DNA from: Phoronis australis
Lineage: Eukaryota; Animalia; Phoronida
DNA: 64,000 nt
Assembly: GCA_002633005.1 (NCBI GenBank)
Contig: NMRA01000040.1
Span: 389,362-453,361, forward strand
Direction of reading: 5' to 3'
Shown here in pieces: positions 50,090-63,120 of the stretch (the stretch's first letter is position 1; each line of letters starts with the position of its first letter). The notes under the pieces are model-generated. The model searched no databases, was not told the origin of the DNA, and worked only from the letters and a program-made list of their open reading frames with translations. Both the position numbers and the translations under genes were made by a program.

Positions 50090-53000
50090 CTGAAACAAAG
50101 AGTATGCAAAGCACACTGAAGTCACGATATCAAAGCTGCTATAAACATGCTCTCCATCAAAGAAAATACTTTTGATTTTGACCACTAATAGCTGTAAAAG
50201 TTCTTCCTTACCTAGATATATCCACATACCAATTTCAGAAATATCTGTGAGTTGACACCAAGACATGGCATAAAAAATCAATAAATGAAAGCTATTTCAT
50301 TGGAAAATCTGAAATAATTCAAAAACGTTAAGTCGTAGCCAAAAACGAATGGACACTACAGATAGTGGTTATATCGAGGTCTATCCACACACCAAATTTC
50401 AGAAAGATCTATCACAGGACGATAGAGATGAGGCTTTGCTGAGCAAAAAAATTGAAAAACGGCTGCCGCAATGCCATCTTGCATCCAATTTGAATAAAAA
50501 AACACTAGGCCTCGAGCTGTTAACGAGACACATGTTGTGTGTAAATTTCATATTTATTGGCCGAGCAACTGAGAGGAAGGGCATAGAACCCATGTTGATC
50601 TTGAACCCAGAGACATATGACTGCACTAAAGCCTGAGAAATGAAAGGGTGTCGGACCTCAGTCATAAGTAAATCTCCAATAACTCAAGAACCAGAGCCAG
50701 AAACTTTCTCTTAACTTTGTCTAGCAGTTGACACGATCTATTCACATACCAAATTTCATACAGAGTAATCAAACAATGCCGTAGCCATGGCAAGAGAGGT
50801 CACAAGATAAAAGAAGAGTGTTTAGAAAATCTCTAATAACTTAACGAGAGCAGCGTGGAGTGTTGACATGCGCCCACCACGGGCATCGCATATACTGCAG
50901 ATACTGAATGGAGCAATGATTGTAAACTTAAAATGGCCTCTAATGGGGTGCATAGCAAGTCAGCAATGCTCTCCTAAGTAGGAACACACTTGCCAAGACT
51001 ATAAAAATTAAACCTGGCACTGAGAGCACAGTGGTAGTGCGATACGTCCAAACGTCGACATCTGTTGTCATGTTCATAGAAATGCACTCGCCAAATTTCA
51101 CAAAGATCCAACAGGGAGAAACAACTGCAGATGCGAAAAAAGCAAACTGCCATTAGGGGGCGCCACAGTGGCCACACTGTCCAAAAATCCTCAATAATGC
51201 TCTTCCCACTAGGAACCCATTTACCAATTTTCATAACGATTCTCAGAGTGCTTCGGCCGATGGAGAGATGGACACCAAAAACAGACTAAAACATAATAAA
51301 AAAACTACCACCAGGAAGTGTACACTACGTCAAATTCATCTGAAAATGAAATGATGTCATTGTCTCTTTAATAGAAACCTATATTTCATAAAAATCCATC
51401 AAGGAACTTCAAAGACGGACAGGGAAACAGAAAAAATAAATTGCGAGGGGGACAATGCAGGAGTTTCATCTGTCCAAATGTTGTCGTCTTCCATTGTCAC
51501 TTCCATAGTTTTACAAATACACTTGTCAAATTTAACAAATATCTTGCAGAGGGATTAGTAAATACACCCACGGGCACAAAGAAAACAAAACTACCACTAG
51601 GAGGCGCCACTGTAGTCAGGCCATCCAAAAATCATCGACAGCCATCCTCATCCCAGCAAGAACATATATGCCAATTTTCATAATCATCCAAAGAGCGGTT
51701 TAGTCAACATAGAGGCGGACACCAAAAACAGACTTAAAAATGATAAATACGGCCACGTCAAATCCATCTGAAAACAAAAAGATATCATCACTTCTTTACT
51801 AGAAATCTATTTGCCAAATTTCAAAAGAAGCCATCCAAGAACTCCAAAGATACAGAGGAAAACGGGAAAAATAAGATCACCACTAAAGGGATCTGTTCAA
51901 AAGTCGTTGTCATCAATTGTCACCTTAATATAAATACACTCGCCAAATTTAACAAAGATCCTGCACAGGGCTTAGGCGATACAGCCATGGACGCAAAAAA
52001 AAAGCCAATAGGAAGAGCCACTGTAGTCAGAGCNCCATCTGAAAACAAAAAGATATCATCACTTCTTTACTAGAAATCTATTTGCCAAATTTCAAAAGAA
52101 GCCATCCAAGAACTCCAAAGATACAGAGGAAAACGGGAAAAATAAGATCACCACTAAAGGGATCTGTTCAAAAGTCGTTGTCATCAATTGTCACCTTAAT
52201 ATAAATACACTCGCCAAATTTAACAAAGATCCTGCACAGGGCTTAGGCGATACAGCCATGGACGCAAAAAAAAGCCAATAGGAAGAGCCACTGTAGTCAG
52301 AGCCCTCCAAAAATCATTGTCAACAGTCCTCTTTCCAGTCTTACAGTGGTTTGGCTTATAGAGGGGCAGCTGGCAAAAACAGACTCAAAAACTGTAAAAA
52401 TGGCCACTAAGTGATGCAAAATACATTCAAAATGAAAAAGGTGGCATCGTCTTCCTAATAGATGCTTATTTGCCAAATTTCATGACAATCCGATAAGGAA
52501 CACCTAAGATACAGAGGCAAACGTAAAAAATGAAAAATTGCCACTAGGGGGCACACCGGTTGTCAAATTCGCTCATGCTGTCCCATCCATGACAGAAACG
52601 TACCGTCTGCAAAATTTCATGAACATACATAAGTGGTTTCGGAGATACAGTAGTGGATGCCGGATGAACTTACAGAGATGACAGAATAATGCGCCCACAA
52701 GTGGGCGCATAAAAATGATAGATCATAGCGAGAAATGGATGAGACGTTGCTGATAACCAAATTTCAAAAGAATCCATTAAAGGAAAGTCGAATTGTAGCT
52801 CAGCAAAGCAAAACAAATGAGAAATGGCTGCCACAGCGCCATCTTGATTTCAACTAAAACAACAGGCTTCGAGCTATTCACGAGACAATCAACTGTGTAA
52901 ACTTCATGTAAAGCGGATAAGAAAAGCGACCTGTAGCATGCAAGCAAACAAACAAAAACAAGCTTGTGTGATGACAAAGCAATATACTAGGCTTTTGCAA

Positions 53001-56000
53001 AGTAATTATAGTTCATGGAGACTAAGCTGAGTAAGTCATGTTAAATGTGACACGGCGTCCAATCAAATGAAACTAGACTCAACACTAGATGGAGTTACTA
53101 GTTGGTGCTAAGGTGTTTTAATATATGATGTGAAGATCCACCTACCCATGGTCTTTGGAGACTCTCCAATAGGAATCGACAATGTGCTCCCTGCCTAGTA
53201 ACTCAATGAAGTCAACGTCGTGTGTGATCACAATCAGCTGGAAGTTGACCTGTTGCTCTCGACTGTGGATAATCCTGCGGCAAGAAAATGTAAATCAAAC
53301 AAAACTGAAAGTCATATTCAAAGTTTACATTTGACTGAGAAAATCATACGCCTACGGTCTCCACAGAACTGGGATAACAGATTATGAGTCATTACTTGCA
53401 AACCAGCTAACCGCAGTCATGTGATCACTCCACTCACTCAATCAAAGCTTGGGCCAAACTCTCTATGTTTGCTCTGTCCAAGTTTGTCGTCGGTTCGTCC
53501 AGAGCCAACACACCACAGTTGAGACAGAAAGTCTCTGCCAGAGCAAGGCGGATGATGATAGATGCCAGCACCTGTCGAACAGAGTAACAACGGTTACGCT
53601 GGAAACACAACATATAGTTGAAAAACGAGTGACACGTTAGCAATCTATACGTAAATACATTACTTGCCTACATACATAACATTTTACTATACGGCCACTG
53701 ACACTATTGTCCTCTGTAAGATGACATCTATTGTGAAGTGACGTTGCCCGGACAGCCATGCATTATCACTTTTCAAGCTATCCAGACAACAGATGTCGCT
53801 ACTGGTGACCAAGCTGACCAATTAAATAAACCATAAACCCCGACTGTATAAACAAAATTAACAAGCAAATAATGGTAAGGGCCTGATATAACGTACCCGA
53901 ATTTTGAGAACCAGTTTTCTCCACTGAATAACGGGCATCAAGCTGGTTCTCAAAGTACGGGCACGTTATATCAGGCTATTGCCACAAATAACAACAGCGC
54001 ATCAAATCATGAGGACATGCTAGTGAAGACAACCGAGGAAAGGAACATGAAAAGTCGCATAATAAAACATAAACTAATCCCTCGGGCATGTCAGGTTACA
54101 TGAAGCAAGGTTCATGTGACAGGAAGAACTGAACTTTTTACTTGTAAGCATTTCTTGGCTTCTTGCTTCCTAGTTTACAACAAGCAAAACCATGGTCATT
54201 TTGCAACATGTGCCAAATGTGAACCTCATAAAATTACGTTCATCTTTGACATGATCAATAAGCACACCCACCTTCTGCCCAGCACTACAGCGCCCCCTTA
54301 AATCAAGAGCAGTAGTCCCCTTCACCATGACAACGCGGTAGTTATAGGAGCGACGTGCCTTACAGCCATCAGGATCCTCATCTGAACGAATCTCGATGTA
54401 GTCGATATCTAAAACAGAAGTCCAGATCATTACGTTTTAATATGCTCATCAATATGCTCATCAACATACTCATCAACATGCTACTGTAAAAGGAGACTTC
54501 AGTACCAGCATGGCTCAATCAAGTGCACGGGTGCTTAATTGACAACCATCTTAAGACATCCCACGGTTATAAAATACCCAGCCCTTCCACGAAACCCAGT
54601 GCTCGTTCCGTAGTTCGCAAAAAGATCACAAAACTTTGGCATCAATATCCCAAACATATCAGTATTCCTCACTGAGCGTCAAGTACAAGGATATTCTAAC
54701 GGCCTATCAACAGCTGGCATACTGCAATGTAATGGAGCCCTCACCAGCATACATGAAAAGCTTTTGAACCACTTGCGGTGCCTTAACTATCAAAGTCACA
54801 AGCATTAGTGCTTATGGAACTATCAAACCCATGAGAGCTTATTTTGATCTTTTAAAATGTACTTCTAGTATACCCCACAAGTAAAGAACAGTGCATGCCG
54901 TTACATCACAATGTGTGATTTCACCACTGATGTAAAGAGAGTTACTGTAACATGTTGGTTGCAGGCAAACTTGATGTCCTATTGCTGATGTGTCTAAAAC
55001 TGTCATAAATAATCTACACCAAACGGACTGCCTTACCATTGCCCTTGTATGTCTTACTCCAGAGTTCTCGGATAATCTTATTGATCTCGTTCATCTTCAG
55101 CTGGTGGTATCTCATGATGGCTTGATCCATCGCCTTGTAATACTTATCTAAGTCCTGGATAGCCACCTCTGTCGTCTGAAATGAGCACAATTCATACAGC
55201 AAAAATGACTGGTAATAACCACCAAGAAATAAAATTCTAATTACAAAACGTTTTAGCCACTGAACCAACTTTTCAGTTAATTTAACTTCATTCTCGGTCA
55301 TGAAAGAAAAATACATTAATTATGAATTCCGCTTCCACCAAGCCATCATGACGGGGAAATTCCAAGTCATTTTGTTGCAATACTTTTGGCCTGTACTGTA
55401 TCATGTCCGGAGAATTTTGTAACTTTCAAGCTTTTATAAACATACTTTGATCTGTAAAAGCAGCTCTTAATTAAGACTACTAACTATTATAAAGCTGGTC
55501 TCAGCATGTTCCTTTCTCAAATTAGAGGAAATGTTTAGGTTTGGAAAGAAGTAACAGTTCGATACTACTTGAGACTAGGCTCATTAACTGCCAGTCATGC
55601 ATGTTTAGAGATTTTCTGTAAGTTTAAAGCTGTTATAAACAAGCCTTCCTTATAAAATTGCAGGCGATCTGCTCGCGCTCTAACAGAAGTTCACAGGCTG
55701 TTCAGGTGGGCTGTTACACTTCCACCTCCAACTCCTGTAGTAGCTCTGAACCAGCTGACATAAATGTTATTTCCTAAGCTACAACCCAATTCAGTTGTCT
55801 GGCAAAGCGTCTACGCTCGAGCTATCAAAAATTTCTCAATCTAAATCTCAATTACATTTCCCAGCAATCAATAAGACACAGGCATGTACATACTCGCAGC
55901 TTTATCAACATGCCAGTGAACTTCTCGTCAGCGTTGACGTAAGCCTCACTACTCAGCTCTTTCCTTTTCTCATCCAGCCGTGCCTCATAGCTGATCAGTT

Positions 56001-59000
56001 CACCTTGAGCTTTCCCCCTCTGTAAGGAAAATAAAAGCGGTCAAAAACATTTCTCTGTGACTCTATTACACCCAGAAATGCGCACCTATTAAACTGATAC
56101 CTTTCATAAAGCTTTCATCAATACTTTAGAGGAGACATTGTGGCTTAGTGCTTTGAGATCCGGACTCCCGTTCAGGAGACCAGGGTTCGAATCCTGGCTT
56201 TACTGGCCGACAATCAAGCATAGCACAAAGGTGTCTCATACTCCTCTGAGCTCAGTCTTACTAGTGAATGCATGCAAGGGAGTGAATGAGAGCCTGGATT
56301 TAATGCGAAAAGCAATTTCCAGGGCTGTGCTAATAAAAATTCAATACTTTAATTACCCTTTTTGTCCCAACCTTTCTTGCCAAGCAGAAAAACTAAAATC
56401 AGACATTTCGTCTGCAATCTACAGCTGCGCCACCTTTGGAGCAATGGCACAGTACAAAAATCATACATTGACATACAGACATGACGGTATCAGTGAGAGT
56501 GCGCTGGTTTGGACGTCTGTCGGAAAAAGATAGCTGGGGCGGGAATGAGACAGAAAGTATGTCGAATCATTTTGTTGTTTTAGTAGATGCCTTGTTAAGA
56601 CACAGAAATAAAGTTGTGGGGAAGCATTGACTTAGTCCGTGGTTGCAACAGCTGCAAGTCACAAAGGCACTTATAAAATTTCCACTAATTAGAATGTCAA
56701 AATGTTACTTTCCAACCAATCAGACTGTCAAAATGTTACTTTCCAACCAATCAGAATGTCAAAATGTTACTCTCAACCAATCTGATTGTGTCACTTCATT
56801 CTGTTAACAAATGAGTAACCAGATTCATCTTCTTTTGACAGTGTTACCACTCATAGCACTGCCAAAGAGAGTATATAGGAACTAACCATTTGCCATGCAC
56901 TAATTAACAGGCATCAAGTCACATGACCTAAACATTATGGACACTTGTATCTGTTAACCCTCAACCCCTCACTTCCCACCTCTGCCATTAGCCTCTCAGT
57001 TCTCCTTAAAACATCTCCCTTTCTCCAGTCCCTCCATCTCCCTTATTCTCCCCACTCCATTACAGCCTTACACAGTTATCCCCTCCCCACTTATCTTCCC
57101 AAGGCCCAGACATTTCATTTCTCCAATATCTACCCCTTCTATATTCCCTTCCAGTCATATCTTCAAACAGCTCAATCTCTACAACATTTCCCACCCTTCA
57201 GCTCCCATGTCACTTTATCCTTTCCTTCCCCCAGCTTCTTCTCTCTTTGTTCATCCTTCCAGCTGGTACACATCCCTCTCCCCCATTCTCCCCATGTGTT
57301 TGGAAAGTTTATCTATCTCTTCCCCCAATCTTCTCTCAACCTACTCAAACTCCTCAAAATAGAACCCCTCCACTTTGACCTCTCTTGTCCAATCTAACCC
57401 CCCAGTTGGCCCATTTTCCCCTCTTCTACCCTTCAGCTCCTCTCTTCCACCCCTCCCCCTCACTGTCATCCCCTATCCAACCACTCCTCACATCCTTGGC
57501 TTATTTGTCCGTCTCTTCTCGTCCTGCTCCAACTGGTCCAAGTAGAACCCCTCCAACTTTGACCTCTCTTGTCTAATCTAGCCCTCTGGTGAGCCCACAT
57601 TTCACTCCACCATTCCTTGACTAATCTATCCATCACTTTCCCCAGTCTCCTCTCGTCCTGTCCTAACTGCTCTTCACAGAACCCCTCCAACCTGTTTTGT
57701 CCAAACTAGCTCTTCAGTTGACTCAGGTTCCTCTCCTCTAACTTTCACCTCTTCCCTCCTCTTCTGTACCCTTCCCCTCACCGTCACTACATGTTCCCAC
57801 GCCTCACCTCCTTGGCTAATCTATCCATCTCTTCCCCCAATCTCCTCTCTTCCTGCTCCAGCTGTTCAATATTGAACCCTTCCAGCTTGACCCTCTCTCG
57901 TTCAATCTTGCCCTCCAGATGGCGTACTTCCTTCTCCTTCCGGCACAGCTGCAGGTTGTCTGTCAGCTCACGCTCTTTCACCTGAAAGTTGCACATGACA
58001 AGATCTCATAAGGAAAATTGATGACTGACGGAGCACATTTTAAAATACCAGGAACAGATTGACAGCCTGCACTGAGCATCACCACTTCATGTAATGCTTT
58101 GTTGAATAAGTCTAAAATGGCAAAATTGAACTGGCAGGTGGATACAATACACAACACAGAAAAGTACTTGTCAGACACCATGAATATGCGTATATTTGCA
58201 GCTGAGATCTCATGAGAAATCAAGCAGTTCACGGAGACATACTTTCCGTTAGAATAGTGAAGAAAAACACTTGTCATACATTCTGAGCTATATTTTAACA
58301 AAGACACTGAGTTCTTGACTGTGGGTAAATTATACTCAGAATAACCCCTAGAACTTGAGAAAAGAAACGTTACTTTTCACTTATTTAGCACACAATATGG
58401 CCGACAAGTGAAATTCTATTATATGTCGAATTTCTCCCCAAAATACAGATAAAGATACTAGAATGTTTGTGCTGCGTTGATGCCATAATACAACACTTGG
58501 TAATTAAAAGTTTCCATTACTTGAAGCAGTGTAAAATGAATTAGTTTGAAAAACGCAAACTTGACAATATATTTTTTTGTGCGAAGAAAGTGGAGAATTC
58601 CTGCATTACACATCCTGCAAGATCACTCAGAGAAGAAAAAAGATTTGTCAGATAGTTTCAAAATATGCATATCTACCTCATGTTAGATGAAAAAGGCAAG
58701 TTAGGACTACTGTCACGCATTACGAACCAAGTGTTTCCTTTTTGCAACTGCTGCTGATTTTTAAGGAATATACCTCCTGTTTAACAAGTTCTTTCTTCAA
58801 TTTGTCCAGATTATTGTCAACTTCCTTTCTATCATTCGTCAGCCGTGTTTCCTTCGCTTTTAACTGCTCTACCTGGTGCTGACATTCCTCTAACAATTCA
58901 TCACGACCTTCTGTCAAGTATCTATAGTGAAAACGACACAAGTTTTACATGTCATTTTGGACAATTTCTGTCAATTTTCGTTGGAATGAATTTCTCATGA

Positions 59001-62000
59001 CAACAAAAAATTTGCTTTCATCTGCTTTGAAACATATGCCATGGGCACTTCACTCACAAAACATAATCTATTAGTCTGGCAACTGCCTAACAAGTGTTAT
59101 GAGAAAAACTAAAAGTTGTGACAATCTCGAAATCATTGTCTCACACTGTGTTAAATGACCGATGTTTACTTGTAAGCATATATTTTCTCCTGCTGATGGA
59201 CAGAGGAAAGAGCCAAATTACACAGACAGTTAACCACCATTCAACATTTTTGCACCACGCCCCTGTCCGCCAGGCTAACTAAGAAAATCATAGCTTATAG
59301 TCTCTTGTTTGTGAGATGATGACAACATAGTTACGTGCCATGTTGTTCACAGGGACTTAAAGATATTGGAATTTTGATGACTTGAGGGTTGGAACTTAGC
59401 CAGACAACTGAACTGCGTAGAGGCTAGGGAATGACTTTTTTGTCAGCCGCTTTGGAACTACTGTGTAGAAGTTGGAGGTGGAAGAACAATACAGACGCTT
59501 AAAGAGACAAGTTTAACTTAGATCACTATCAGTTATAAAACTGATCCCACTTATTCATTACTCGGATGAGAAGTGATTTCTGGGCCTGCTTTTGGTCGTG
59601 ACAAGCCAGCTTGTAGAACATAGTCATAACCAATAACAAACTGTCAGTTCTGTCCAAGTCTAGAAATCATAGAAATCATTTCTAATCTAAGGAAGGAGGA
59701 AGAGTTGAGACTACATTCAAAACTTTAAGTGGTCTAAATCATAAGTTTTTTATGTAAGATGGGTTTATACCAACTTCTAAGTGGGTATTGCTTGTACCCA
59801 CATAAGACTGGTGCTTAGTAATGCTTTTACCCACATAAGACTGGTGTCTAGTCATTGTTTCTAACATTTTGTTTGCATTGAAGAGTTGTAAGAGAAGATT
59901 GTTTTATGAGAGATTATACCAAATTGTAGTTCTAAACCCACCTGCAGCCATTGAATCAAATCACCCAATAACTGTTCGTTGGCAATAAGAATTTTTACCC
60001 ATTTGAAAATCAGACTTTGAGAACATTTACACGTGTCATACTGTTAACACAAGTCAGTAGGACAAGGAATTGATTTTTCAAATGTTTCAAATGTATCTTG
60101 GGTGTATCAGTGTTCTCTCAACACGAATTAAAACATGGTGCTGAAGTTTCAGAGCCCATGGTGCAACACCGAGCTTGAAAAGTTTGAACCATGTTTGACA
60201 AGTTTTGAGTCATGCTTAAAAACTCGAGCTTACATTTCGGTAATTGCTTTTTACTGTTTTGCGGTTAAATTGAAATAGACATAATCAGCGAGCGAAAATA
60301 ATATCTTTCACAATTGTAGTTTTTGGGTAATTGGCAAAAGGCAAGAATAGGATGCGAAAGCATGGTGTGCACTTTTAGCCATATTTGGACTGATGTCCAG
60401 AGTAAACCCCATCTATAACAACAGCAAAATGACAGTATAAAACAATTAGCTACCACTGGTTCACTGCACTGTTTTTCAGACTCCAAAATGACATCATCTC
60501 CGCATTGACTAGTATGTTAATTCCATAATGACATGTATTTGTAAGTTCTCATAAGTTGATAAAATAGGAAACTCACTTGGCAATCTCTTTCTGAATCACT
60601 TTGACGTCTGCACCTTTTGCCTTGATGTCAGTGATTTCGCTTTTCGCAGTTTCGTATTTCTTATCCTTTTCCAAGGAAACTTGTTGTTTTTGACGAATTA
60701 TCGATTCGATCTGTGTCTGGAGTGGAGTCTTCTGCCTGACGGCGTCCTAGTTGTGAATGGGAGACCAATACCACTACGTAATGATATTAAAAAAATTGAC
60801 AATCAAACGGTAATACTTTGGTCAAACTCATGCCGCAGTGTGAACACCAACGTGAAACAAATAAATACAGGGTGTAGAAACGGCAAGCCAGCTGCGAGTC
60901 ACAACAGGTCTGGGTACTATAACTGACCTCCATATTTACAGAGAACCACAATCACCGAGATCAGGACAGGAACATACATTCGAAAATAACCTTTACAAAT
61001 GCCAAACAAGTAAGCTAACATGTTTGAATATCCTGTCTGTCCCACAATACCTTAACTTCCTGTTCCAGTTTCTCATTGGCAGCCTTCAGCTGAGCTTTGC
61101 TCTCTTCCAGCTTACATCTTTGTTGGAGGTCGCTCTCGATCTGCACCTTCTCTGATTTGAGCCCATTGATGGAGGACTTAAGCGCATTGATCTGATCAGT
61201 CACCTCTGCAATCCTCTTGTACTTGTGGTCAATGCTGCGATTTACAGTGTCCCTGATAAAAGGAGAGATCAATAAACAGCATGGTTCAAAAGGGATAGCA
61301 CTTTCCTATTAAAACTATTTGATACTGAACACATCAAAAGAAACACAAAGAGAGAGGGAGAGAAGGGAAGGCCGAATGACCCGGAGGGTTGTCGGAATGG
61401 ATGAGTGGGTTATTGTAGAGGCTGAGGGTTGGAAGGGTAGGGGAACACATTAGTGGAGAGGCTGAGGGTTGGCAGGGCAGAGGAACACATCAGTGGAGAG
61501 GCTGGGGGTTGGCAGGGCAGAGGAACACATTAGTGGAGAGGCTGGGGGTTGGCAGGGCAGAGGAACACATTAGTGGAGAGGCTGGGGGTTGCTAGGAGGG
61601 AGGAATGGGTTAATGGAGAGGCTGAGATTTAGGGGGAGGGAGGAACAGCAGGTAATTGGAGAGTGAGTGGGGGACAGATGGATTGCGAAACAGACGAAGG
61701 GAGTGAGGGAGAAAGCAAACTCAACACAATATGCCACACAAGACTAATGTACTCAATCCACGTGATGCTAGCCAGTCCCAAGTGTTCCTCTTCAAAAAAT
61801 CTCTTGCTTGTTTCCTAGCTTGTAAAGAGACTGCAGGATGAAAACCGATCAAGAATGAGACATCAGCTTGACTGTCTCAGTCACTGAGGCTACGTGTGAC
61901 ACAGCTAACTACTTACAATGACAACTGGGTCTCTTCCTGTTCATTCCTAACCTGCTGTACGCTTCGATCAGAGTCTGCAATAAGAATGATGAACTAAACA

Positions 62001-63120
62001 GAAACTATTAGATGTACCTTATTCTGCAAGTGTAAACTTCCAATTTGGTTGACATGAATTCGTATCAGGTTGATGACAAATGATCATCAGGTTGATGACA
62101 AATGATCATGAGGTTAGTTAAAGAAACCTTCCCTCGTGATGGAGAATGAAGGGGAATCAAAAAAGTTTGTAAGGTGGCATTCTGCAATGAGAATTTTACA
62201 GCCATAATAGCTATTTCCTGTCCAAGTTTTGTTTGAAGTTAAAAAAGTTAGCTGTCATGACAGGGAAACATTATTTTTTGTCTGATGTCTTTTATCTTGT
62301 ACTGTGAATGTCTTGAATGTTTTACTATTATATGTTTGACCACAACTTAGTTACTTTCTTAGATTTTCCTTTGTAGTTTACATGTAGTACTAAATGAAAA
62401 AACTTTACACTGTAAGACGGTGTTTCTCGTTAATCGTGTTTCAAATAATTGACATAAAGAGCTTTCCATACTCCACACAGCCACACGGCGGAGCCGATTC
62501 ACTCACCTTCTCCGCTCAACTTTGCCTGCAGGACGGCAATCTTTTTGTCCAAGTCAGCGACATCTGACATCTCACGATCTAGCAAAGCCATGTCTGTTTG
62601 AATGGACTTGGCAATGGACTCGTCAACCTGCTTACACTCAAGGTCTGACTCCACCTACGGTAAAGAATTCAGGACACATTCTAAAAAAATAAACTAAATT
62701 GTTTGGATGTTGATGTAGCTACGAAGCAATATATATGGCTATTGCCTTAAATAAAAGAAAGCCATGGATTATAAAAACAAAACAAAACCTTCTTTGCATC
62801 TATTTTGACACTACATCTGCCTATTGACAAAACTATAGAAAATTTGCGATATCATTACTCTTACAACTCAAATGCAATTTACGCAAAACGGCCTCAATGT
62901 TCAGATAGCATCTCAGTAGCCAATCTCAAGTCCATGCCTTCTAGCCAAATTGCAGCAACTTATTCCTCCTTTGTTTTAAATAACAGTTTAACAAACCGGT
63001 ATGTGAACAAACGATAACACTGCCAACCTCCTCGATGTCATTCCTGAGCTTTTCCATCTGTTGAGACACAACCTTCACTTTATTCTTCAAGTCTGGAATT
63101 TCGTCCTGCAGCTTGCTCAT
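50044..63120 (-). CDS. RAD50: DNA repair protein RAD50, 3' part (13 coding exons, 567 aa; the 5' part lies beyond the last exon found)
   Basis: Spliced translation gives the C-terminal coiled coil, signature [14 protein letters not shown], Walker B/D-loop [11 protein letters not shown] and H-loop QLIVITHD. All introns are GT-AG and phase-consistent. Confidence 0.97.
50838..52715 (-). mobile_element. Second HINE/Helentron-like family with diverged internal repeats, in the last RAD50 intron
   Basis: Palindrome atgcgcccacaagtgggcgcat plus A-run at about 52689-52715 and subterminal atgcgcccac at about 50868. Recurring ccaaatttca/ccactagggggc units. An n-joined duplicate lies at 51766-52033 / 52035-52303. 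Confidence 0.65.
53146..53274 (-). CDS. RAD50: RAD50 exon (H-loop)
   Basis: [42 protein letters not shown](G); cag / gtaggt; phase 2-2. Confidence 0.95.
53438..53571 (-). CDS. RAD50: RAD50 exon (Walker B)
   Basis: [44 protein letters not shown](E); cag / gtgagt; phase 0-2. Confidence 0.96.
53881..53977. mobile_element. About 97-bp hairpin MITE
   Basis: gcctgatataacgtacccgaattttgagaaccag ... ctggttctcaaagtacgggcacgttatatcaggc. Confidence 0.8.
54272..54408 (-). CDS. RAD50: RAD50 exon (signature motif)
   Basis: (D)IDYIEIRSD...[10 protein letters not shown]...[10 protein letters not shown]; tag / gtgggt; phase 1-0. Confidence 0.96.
55037..55175 (-). CDS. RAD50: RAD50 exon
   Basis: [46 protein letters not shown]; cag / gtaagg; phase 0-1. 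Confidence 0.96.
55894..56019 (-). CDS. RAD50: RAD50 exon
   Basis: [42 protein letters not shown]; cag / gtatgt; phase 0-0. Confidence 0.92.
56131..56345 (+). mobile_element. tRNA-derived SINE, antisense in a RAD50 intron
   Basis: Pol III A box TGGCTTAGTG and B box GGTTCGAATCC followed by a non-tRNA body; no proper acceptor stem. Confidence 0.7.
56687..56782. repeat. 31-bp tandem repeat x3
   Basis: aatcagaatgtcaaaatgttactttccaacc units. Confidence 0.9.
56960..57790 (-). pseudogene. Decayed tandem copies of the adjacent RAD50 exon (pseudo-exons)
   Basis: One copy reads [25 protein letters not shown] versus the exon [25 protein letters not shown]. Further copies lie at about 57490-57600 and 57290-57440. 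Confidence 0.85.
57808..57981 (-). CDS. RAD50: RAD50 exon
   Basis: [12 protein letters not shown]...EMDRLAKE; cag / gtgagg; phase 0-0. Confidence 0.92.
58774..58921 (-). CDS. RAD50: RAD50 exon
   Basis: [13 protein letters not shown]...KKELVKQE; tag / gtatat; phase 2-0. Confidence 0.9.
60577..60746 (-). CDS. RAD50: RAD50 exon
   Basis: [56 protein letters not shown](K); tag / gtgagt; phase 0-2. Confidence 0.9.
61051..61252 (-). CDS. RAD50: RAD50 exon
   Basis: [12 protein letters not shown]...[15 protein letters not shown]...EQEVK; cag / gtattg; phase 2-0. Confidence 0.92.
61410..61640. repeat. 40-bp G-rich minisatellite, about 5 units
   Basis: tagtggagaggctgggggttggcagggcagaggaacacat. Confidence 0.92.
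61917..61974 (-). CDS. RAD50: RAD50 exon
   Basis: (D)[18 protein letters not shown](L); cag / gtaagt; phase 1-2. Confidence 0.88.
62507..62654 (-). CDS. RAD50: RAD50 exon
   Basis: [49 protein letters not shown]; tag / gtgagt; phase 0-1. Confidence 0.9.
63028..63120 (-). CDS. RAD50: RAD50 exon
   Basis: [31 protein letters not shown]; cag / gttggc; phase 0-0. Confidence 0.9.

Noticed and set aside
51766-52303. About 268-bp near-perfect tandem duplication
   Set aside because: Joined by a single n at 52034; contig-overlap artefact.
52777-52930. Alternative RAD50 terminal exon after acceptor gctacag
   Set aside because: The translation is not RAD50-like and lies in repeat sequence; 50089-50044 fits much better.
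56131-56210. tRNA gene
   Set aside because: A and B boxes are present but there is no clean acceptor stem or poly-T terminator; it fits a SINE head.
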